From positions 28,210,001-28,274,000 of the forward strand of contig NC_043008.1 in assembly GCF_006345805.1 (NCBI RefSeq): DNA of 64,000 nt, given 5' to 3'. Both the position numbers and the translations under genes were made by a program. The stretch comes from Octopus sinensis. Taxonomy: Eukaryota. Under the pieces are notes generated by a model. That model was not told the origin of the DNA. It searched no databases and saw only the letters and a program-made list of their open reading frames with translations. Positions within the stretch are counted from its first letter, which is position 1. The number at the start of each line of letters is the position of its first letter. Shown piece by piece: positions 54,803 through 64,000 of the stretch.

Positions 54803-55659
54803 AAATGCATAAAGAGATGGGTGTATATAGATGTGTGCGTGTGTGCGTAAATGCGAGTGCGTGCGTATATAGACGTATTTTACTTGAAATAAAAAGAAGT
54901 AACGAAAAATGGTGTAAAAAATTAAAAAGAAAATTTTCGTGACTTGTATAAATAACAGTAAAATGGTACTGCATGAGAAGTGGGGTTTAATGCATTTATT
55001 TCATTATAGATCTTTTTCATTTTCATTCGTTTTATGCTTTATGTCCTCACAGTAGTGTTCTGTCTGTCTTTCTGCTGTCCCATCTATGCTATGGCATGGG
55101 TGCCAAACGAAGAAAAGCAGAAGCAAGACAGCTGCGATATAAGACACGTCTTTCTATTTCAACTGTTTGAAACTCTAATATAAAATGTGAAACTGATTAA
55201 ATCTTGAAATATAACAATTAAAAAGTACTTTAACTATTCTCAGTCCATTTTCAGCTTCTATTTTTCTCTATACAAATGTGTGTGTGCGTGAGTGTATATC
55301 TGTGTGTGTGTGTATACGGTACTGAAATTTGTATACGCGGGTTAAAAGTATGTATGTATACGAGCGTTAATTGGAGTTGCAGAAAATGCAAGTGGATCAG
55401 TTAATTATGATGTTATTCAATATATTCGCCTTTCAGATTCACACAGTTATTGTAATGATTCCTCAGTCTTTCTAAGTCCTGATAATGAACTCGAAAATTT
55501 TCGGTAAGAACCAGGCCTTTTGTGAGAGCCTTAGAGTCAGGAACTTTTAACCACCTTATGTATGCATATATGTATATATCATCATCATCATCAACATCAC
55601 CCCCCCACCACCACCATTATCATCATCATGATGATGTGTGCAGTACCTAGGAAGTGTGC

Positions 55660-55815
55660 AGTACCTAGTAGTGCACGCTAGCACGCGAGTTATCAGTTTT
55701 TCGTCCGTCGTTACATACTGAGTGCAAATTCCACCTAGGTAGACATAGCCTTTCATTCTTTCGGATTTGATGAATAAGTACCAGTTTGGCTGTGTGCCAA
55801 AATTGGAGATCATTA
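55660..55815 (-). mobile_element. Degenerate SINE fragment (OK-like family)
   Basis: Minus strand ggtacttattcatcaaatccgaaagaatgaaaggc...ggaatttgcactcag. Confidence 0.55.
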
Positions 55816-56544
55816 TTATTATTATCAAATTAGAAATAAAGAAGAATACATGTAGTTAAGGATGACATACTGTAAAAGTTAGTAAGTAGCGTTATTGCGA
55901 TCACTTGTAGATTTTTTCGGTCCTCTAGTATTACTAACCCACAAATACTCTTTGTTTGTCAGAACTCACGACGATATGTCTGTTTATCTTGCAGGTATAT
56001 AACATGTTATGTAATAAAATAATTCGCACATAAACGAATAAGAAATAGTATACATGTAAAATTATCCTTATTAAATATATATCTAGTAGTATGTGTGTTT
56101 ACAAGGGAACTGTTCCAAATTATGTGTAGGATTGCTAGTTGATAGAATATAATGTAATAACAGAACAGGTATATTAATTTATCATCTAATTAAGAAAAAT
56201 ATATGTACATACAAAATATGTAAACATTTCTAAGGCAGTTTTGTTACTCTTATGGAAGAATGTAACATCCCACCGGATTAGACGCTCTAATTATCGTAAA
56301 GGGTGGATCTCTGCTAAACTCAACGAATGATTGGCAATTATTTATACGCAGGAGGTACGTTCATATCAATTCTTAATATATTTCGACGGCAAGATATGTA
56401 ACGAGAATAATCAAAAAGGAAGAGAAAATGTCGTCAGTCTGTCGCCTAAGATTAATGCAATTTCATATAGAAAAAATATGTTAAAGCATTGACGTTTGGA
56501 CACAATGTTATTTTCTACTTCAGACACAAAACCCGAAATGTAGG

Positions 56545-57135
56545 GGGCGACACCAGTCGATTAGATCGCCCTCAGTACGCAACTGGTACTTAATTTATCT
56601 ACCCCCCCCCCCCCCCGAAAGATAAATGCAAATGCCGACCTCGGTGGCATTCGAACTCAGAATTCAAAGACTGACGAAATACTACTAATCATTTCGCCCG
56701 GCGTGCTAACGTTTCTTATTTTTTTATTGCTCACAAGGGGTTAAACATAGAGGGACCAAACAAGGACAGAGAAAGGGATTAAGTCGATGACATCGACTCC
56801 AGTGCGTAACTGGTATTAATTTATCGACCCCGAGAGGATGAAACGCAAAGTCAACCTCGGCGGAATTTGAACTCAGAACGTAGCGGCAGACGAAATACCT
56901 ATTTCTTTACTATCCACAAGGGGCTAAAACAGAGAAGACAAACATACAAGGATAGACAAAGGGATTAAGTCGATTACATCGACCCCAGTGCGTAACTGTT
57001 ACTTAATTTATCGACGCCGAAAGGATGAAAGGCAAAGTCGACCTCGGCGGAATTTATACTCAGGACGTAACGGCAGACGAAATACGGCAATGCGTTTTGC
57101 CAGGCGTGCTAACGTTTCTGCCAGCTCCCGCCTTC
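56545..57135 (-). mobile_element. Three stacked SINE copies (OK-like), head at about 57135
   Basis: aaggcgggagctggcagaaacgttagcacgcc head; body repeated three times. Confidence 0.8.
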
Positions 57136-57842
57136 TTTAGAACACAATATTCAGAAATAAATATTATCATGCAGTTTTCCTCATCTTCACTTCTTTTAAA
57201 AATGTCTTTTGTCTATCGAGCTGCATCTTAAGGTGGTGAGACAAGGTTATTATTTTGTATTTCATAGCACCACTTTTGATGTGTTATTAAAATGATGAAA
57301 ACTATTTTAATTGAACTGCAGCAAGTATGGAATTACGACTTTATTACAACTGGAATAAACGACCAAGTATTTTTAAGAGAATTAAAGTATAAATATATTT
57401 TGAAGCGAAAGAGCAATAATTAAACACAATGTCTGAAAAAATAAAACATGTGCAGAGTAGTTGCACTTATATTTAAGTAACATCAACTTCGGAAGAAAAT
57501 GTCGATATGCATCGTTTTATAACGTAATATTTCATGAGATATTTCTATGCAATCTCTATCCTGCTAAATAATTATCGAATTCCAGTGAAAGTAATGAAAT
57601 TTAGCGCTACAAAATTGATCGGAATTTTGAAAAATTGCAATATTGGCACTCAGCTCATTAGCGTTATTACATTGTTGTTACAAAGATATATACTCATGCT
57701 CGAGTTTTCTGTCACGTGTGAATTGCAGCTAAACAGAGGAGTTCCCTTTTCTAGAAAGGTAACACAATTCACCGACATTCCTGAATGCCTCTTATCCTAT
57801 TTCATTCATTTATCTATCTATCTATCTACCTATATTCCTCTC

Positions 57843-58446
57843 TTATTTTTCGGAGTTTTTAAGGTGGTAATAGCGTCTTTAGGCGTCTATTTTTCAAGCG
57901 CGTGGAGAGATCTATAGTCAATACCTTGCTACAATTATGTATATAATTATTAAAATATTTGTGACATTTACCTATAAGGGTTATATTACCTCGCTGAACC
58001 CTTAGTAAAATCATTAATGATTTTTAACATTTATTATAATTAATATTTGAAGCATTTACACCTTTATCAAAATAGCATTAACAGCAGAGTTTCTTTTTTA
58101 TATATATACTACAAGTAGATGAAAAGAGAGATGAGAATTCTACTTTACTGGATACTTCTACTAGTGTGTACATATATATATTGCTGTTCGAAGTCGCTAC
58201 TCGTATATGTATGTGTAGATACTCGTCAATATGTGCTATGGAATATTATTCATGATGAGAGGAATTAGCATAATATTTTTACCTTAAGTTTGAAATAGGA
58301 TCTTCTATACGGTTAACCAAAAGTTTAATTCATTATCTTTCTTTTGCCTGACTACAGCCCGTGTTTTATTTTTCGGAGTTTTTAAGGTGATAATAGCGTC
58401 TTTAGGCGTCTATTTTTCTTGCGCGGGGAGAGACATATAGCCAATC
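57843..58446. repeat. ~80-bp direct repeat pair, period 523 bp
   Basis: ttatttttcggagtttttaaggtg(g/a)taatagcgtctttaggcgtctattttt at 57843 and 58366. Confidence 0.85.
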
Positions 58447-58457
58447 ACTTGTTGCAA

Positions 58458-59130
58458 TCTATATATATATATGAAACTCAACTTGTGTGTCTGTGTGTGT
58501 ATCTGTGTGTGTGTCTGTGTGTTTAAATTCCCGGCACATCTCTTCCTAGCCAACAAATCGTAGAACCACAAAAAATGGGTCACCTAAAGTGTGGGCGAAT
58601 GGAAATTGAACTGCGCTATTTCTGTTCCGAAATTCATCTCGCAAGTGCAAAAATCGATAATGTGTTTGTTTAGGCCTTATCCCATGAATTGAATAGGGAA
58701 CTTTACTCAGTCAGCTGTTAGACGTGAACTGTGTTCACCACGCGTGCAAGCATGCGTAAATTGCATGAAAAATAAAAAGTCGAGATATAAAAACGAATCG
58801 CCGTAAACATTGTAGAAATTCGGCAAAGAAATGAATTTTCGGGATGTAGCCTGGAGGGTTTTTTCGTATTAATCGTTTGGACTTTTTGAACACATACCAA
58901 TTGGTTTCATAACATTTTCAACGCTTTTGAAATAAATGTGACCATTTTGCCTTGAGTCTGCAGTTTGAATCACTTTAACCAAATTTTAGCAGGCCAGAAT
59001 TTTGATCATTACGATACATCGCCAGCGACTCCCTGAAACTCTCCCCTGAAATCCCCGTTGAGAAATCTATATATATAAAACTCAACTTGTGTGTCTGTGT
59101 GTGTATCTGTGTGTGTGTCTGTGTGTTTAA
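58458..59130 (+). mobile_element. Helitron-like non-autonomous element; 5' end repeated after 608 bp
   Basis: A-TCtatatatat...aaactcaacttgtgtgtctgtgtgtgtatctgtgtgtgtgtctgtgtgtttaa at 58458 and 59066. The A|TC start is Helitron-like. Confidence 0.45.
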
Positions 59131-59597
59131 CTTTTGGATCTACCAAGTTTCATTATTAAAGATGGGAAGTAGTGTGTAGCAAATATCTCATTCGAGACCG
59201 TACAGCGCAAGTTGACCAAAATTGAGAGTATGATAGAAGAAGACTTGTTCTTCATTCTGTAGCAGATAAAATTCAAATCGGAGCATGTTAACACCAAAAA
59301 GTATTTACATCAAAGAGGTGCTCTTTTTCTATGAAAATCCCTATTTTTTAAGATTTTTGACTGCTGCGTCACCATTTTTCGGTGTATTTCAACTGGAGAA
59401 ATATTCACTTGAAGAGAATAACAAGTTGCATAATGCAAAATGTTTACCTTTCAAAAATTCCAATTCTAAAGGGTTGAAACAAACCCAAGCAACACTGGGT
59501 GATACTACTAGTTATATATATAATTATAATTTCTTTGTAAAATATCTATATATATATATATATACTTTATTTAAAATCATCAGAAATTTAACAAAAG

Positions 59598-59635
59598 CTG
59601 TTACTCGGAGTTCCACGTTCCCGTTCGACGGACAG
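59598..59635 (-). ncRNA. Decayed hammerhead motif (E-like) in a solo terminal fragment (about 59560-59930)
   Basis: Minus strand (AAAA)CTGT-CCGTCGA-ACG GGAA CGT-GGAA-CTCCGAG-TA-ACAG(CTTTT); AATAAA about 30 nt downstream. Confidence 0.6.
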
Positions 59636-60509
59636 TTTTGTTAAAATAGAACCGATATGACAATTCTATCAAGAATAGTATAAACGATACACCTTTAAAA
59701 ATGGATTTGTTTGATTGGTCCTTTCAAATAATGGTTATATACGAGCGATAAAGGAAAATAAACAAAACAAATAAAAGAGTTCAATATAAACTTATAAAAA
59801 TCGAGGAAAAATCGTAAATCGAAGATTTGATTCAAATACATATTTTCATAAGGTAGAAAATATAATTCGATTAATAAAATTAATACATAAAAATTCAAAT
59901 TAAAATATATCAAAATATTTCACAACAGTACATACTCATACTAAACAATCAATATACATGTATGCATCAAAATACACAGATAGATGTGCGCAGACCACAT
60001 ACATATACAGACATATAAATACAAAACGAAAATATACACGCAAATACATGTACACATATGTATACGCAATCTTGCTCGCATGCAAAAATCACTTGGTGTA
60101 TACATATAGACTATAAGTAAAACCTAGGGAGGGGGAAGAAACGAAAAGGTAACGATCTTGTAAGCAACAGAAAGCTAAAGACGTGAGTAAGACGGGGGAG
60201 AGGGCCTAAAGTTACAGGCCTCTATACAAGTAACGAATAGGGAGAGAAAAAATAACGAAAGAAAGGAAGAAAGAAAAAAAGAAAAAAGAAAAAAGTCTGA
60301 CTATACGTAACGAATGTTCATAAGTTAAAATTACGTATACATGTGTATATAAAGTATGTAAGCAGTAAATACACATATAAGAACACATATATAAATATAT
60401 AGTGACAACTATGTAAACACACATTCACACAAGTCCAATTGAATACATGCATGCACATACATTCATGTATGTATGTGATTAAGTACAAACATACATGTTT
60501 GTATGTATG

Positions 60510-60540
<31 letters not shown>

Positions 60541-60541
<1 letters not shown>

Positions 60542-61510
60542 CTCAGAAACAGTGAGGCATTTAGCACTATTGTGCAAACTCTTGATTTCAGAACAAGAAA
60601 TCCCAAACTGAACGACATCCTGAAGACACATAAACTCATCAAATGCAAAGAAATAACAAGGCAAATCGCTAAAGAGACTACAAACAAATGCTTTACAAAA
60701 CAACTACGAAACCAAGGGTTGAAAAATGTGGACTCCCAAATTGTGGAACCGGCCCCAACCTGCTTGAAGGCTCGGATTTCCTTTTCAAATAAGGGCAGAG
60801 GTTCACAATTAAAGCTAGTTTCACTTGTGCCTCTGAGAACCTAATTTATGTAATAACCTGCTCGGGTTGCGGACACAACTATATTGGACAAACGAGTATG
60901 ACCTTGAGAAAGAAACCCAATCTACATAAAGAAGCAAATCCGTTTCCCGCAATACAGACAAATTCCTCTCAGTGAACATAAAGAAAAATGTACAGATAAA
61001 TTTAAACAGATTTTCACAGTCTTCCTTTTCTACCAGTGCAAAGACACAATCTATCGACTAGAATGTTTAAATAAAGACATTTTTTTCATTGAAAAATACA
61101 AAACACGTCTTAATATGCACGCATAAACAACTTTTATCTTTTTACATATTTTAATTCACGATTACATCACTGTACATAAATCCCCTCACTAAACACGGTT
61201 TTTCAAACTTGTCTCTGTCTGTAAACATATATATTCCCCTCTCATTACCGAAAGCTGAACAGATATGTCCCTTACCCACAACAATAACAATAACGACAGC
61301 CAATTACCTCCCTTTATATATGTACTTGTGATGTCATTCACTCGTGAATTTCATTACACACAACATGGACAAAATTTTTTCTTAAGAAAAAAATATATAT
61401 TCAAGTAAGTAAAATATATATAATATCATGAATAGCGATAGGAAAACCGGTCGATATATTAAAAATTATATTAAAACTATGTAAGTGTGCGTATTTTCCT
61501 TTTTTGATTT
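60541..61510 (+). mobile_element. 5'-truncated PLE, same family as 3725-5347
   Basis: Colinear similarity to 4390-5345; CASENLIYVITCSGCGHNYIGQT; (TA)n on both sides. Confidence 0.92.
61423..61457 (+). ncRNA. Family D hammerhead motif (decayed copy)
   Basis: ATATC-ATGAATA-GC GATA GG-AAAA-CCGG-TC-GATAT. Confidence 0.6.
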
Positions 61511-61511
61511 G

Positions 61512-61568
<57 letters not shown>

Positions 61569-61579
61569 ATATATATATA

Positions 61580-61627
<48 letters not shown>

Positions 61628-61688
61628 CATACAAACACACAAACACATACATATATATATATATACATATACACACACACACATATCG

Positions 61689-61768
<80 letters not shown>

Positions 61769-63590
61769 TATATACATACATATATACATATATATGAGCG
61801 AGTTGGAACAAATTGAATTTTTTTACTTGCGTGTGTAGAAGAGATTGATTTGTGAGTGGTTGGGATGTTTATTATTTTTAATGTACATGTATGTATAAAT
61901 ATATCTCTATGTCTGTGTCGTTGATTATTTGAAGCCCGGTTAGCAGCAAACACGCTGTTCGGTGTCGAAAGTTATTTATAGTTAATCTATTAATTGCAAT
62001 CAAATGAACGAATGGTATCCCAACCACGTTTTACCTACACTGCGAATTTTCTGGCCTTGTGCAAAAAGTTAGAAACCAATAAAAATATAAGTATTCCAGT
62101 AGGTCGTATTCTGTAGAATTTATGTCATCTCTTTATATATCAAAAACATCGGTTATTTCTCCTTCAAAAATTTAATTAAATTTTGTTGTTAATACGTCAA
62201 TTTAGATTTTACCCATTAAGTCTCCTTGTATTTGTAGCGCTTCTGTATTTATGTTGCCTGTATTGGATATCACAGTTTCCACGTTAATTTTAGAAAAGAT
62301 ATTCTATGATTATAAAATTTATCTTAAATCTATAGATAATAAATGCAATGTTTCCATAATAACAATAATTTTGATGGTGGTTCATGTGTAACTGGATGAA
62401 GAACTACCAACTTAAGCCCTTTAAATTCTCCTACATTGTTTGCTTTGATAGAATTTAATAAAACGTAACACAGCTACGCTTGGTTAAAGCATTCCGCTTA
62501 TTTGTCGCATATAGAAGTTAAAGATAAAAAAACGATGTATATGTAGATAAGAATTTTTAATATATGTCCCACAGGCTTTCTTTACACTTATCAAGATGAT
62601 TATAGGAAAAGAAATATACATATATATGAAGGACGACAATAATTGGATGATACGAATGATATTCGTCATTACACCAGATTTTCTCTGCTATTCAGTGATT
62701 ATCATATTTTGCAAGGAATCGGAAACATATATGCATGCATACACGATACGTTATAAAGAATTCATTCGAGTCATTAAGAAAACGATGGGACAATATAACC
62801 TTTGGACTACAACCAGAGAGAGTTATGTTAATAAAAATGAAAATTATTTATATTGATTTGCATAATAATATTTGTGCTGAATAAAATTATTCTACCATTT
62901 TCTTAAGTGAAATTGATGTTGGTGAATATTACGATGATTAAGTAGAAAAGGTAATAACAATGTAAACAACACTAGATTTGGAATGGAAATTTAACAAGTA
63001 AAAATCATGTACGCGCCAAATGAGAAAACTAAAAACCAATGGATGCCAACTTTACTTTATGTTTATTTTGTGAAGCTAACAAAACATCAAAAGGTTGACT
63101 AGAAGAAAAATTATACTTATTTAATATCCACGATATTTATACATAGATCACAGAAAAAAGATACTGATTTAATTCAAACACATACGATTGAAGTTCAGCC
63201 AAGAAAAAAGACACATTTTCAAATGCCTATGCTCTTTACGATTGCTTAAATTATAGAACATTGTTCCTAAACACGATGAGTCACACGCATTATTGAACCT
63301 TGTAATTAATGGTTGAAAATAAACATTGGAACTGAAGTACATATATATTTTTAAATATTACGAGTTTTCAAATGTCACGACCTGTCCAACCGATAATCAT
63401 TTATAACACCTAAAATAAGCACAAAGCGTGCTGTATTCTATATCAGTCACATACATAGTTAAATTTCTACTCTAACTCTCATCTTCGTAAATCTGTTGTA
63501 TGCCTTAAATTTCACCCTATTTCGACAATGCACTTCCCTAAAATTGCATGTTTATATGTTGTTTCAATATATAATATATATATATATATG

Positions 63591-63626
<36 letters not shown>

Positions 63627-63670
63627 ATGCTTGATAGAGAGATAGATAGACATTAGATATATTATGTATG

Positions 63671-63709
<39 letters not shown>

Positions 63710-64000
63710 TTGGCCATAAGTTACCTGACAGTAAATCAAAACCATTTAATTCCAAGAATTATTTACGTTTAACAATTGAGTGAATTTAAAAATAGCATCT
63801 AAATATGAAACGTCATGAAAATTGTTGAAACTGAAGTCCTTCTTGAGCGACATATTTTTCCATTCGAGTCAATACGTAATTACAGATATGTATTTATGGA
63901 ATTTTGACTTACTGTCGGACGACTTTTGGCCAATCTTGTATATATCTACAGATTTGGCAAGACAGTAATTTAGTTTTTCCAACAATATAATTACGAGTTA

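Noticed and set aside
57534-57917. 127-aa ORF (also 43659-43937, 59285-59644)
   Set aside because: AT-rich, runs into repeats, no motifs; likely spurious
63800-63830. GAAACGTC
   Set aside because: No upstream core or stem I

Overview
AT-rich, microsatellite-dense eukaryotic DNA. The tRNA-SINE families and repeat landscape point to an octopus or other coleoid cephalopod; this is inferred from recall of those repeats, not from a database search. I found no host exon I can support. The window is a mosaic of decayed transposons: L1/Tx1, RTE, CR1 and R4/Dong-type LINEs, mariner and Tc1 DNA transposons, SINEs, Helitron-like ends, and many Penelope-like elements (PLEs) or their terminal repeats. 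The main result is a hidden RNA layer. I read about 16 type-I hammerhead ribozyme (HHR) motifs directly from the sequence, in at least 5 families, all with short self-complementary stem III (dimer-type). (i) An ORF-less tandem repeat with a ~470-480 nt monomer carries one HHR per monomer and shows compensatory changes between two loci (retrozyme-like). (ii) A ~1.42-kb near-identical tandem array at 13.6-17.6 kb carries two different HHRs on opposite strands in each unit. (iii) Catalytic-core variants occur: A3-U8, U3-A8, U4C and U/A10.1. Ribozyme activity is not shown; it is a testable inference.
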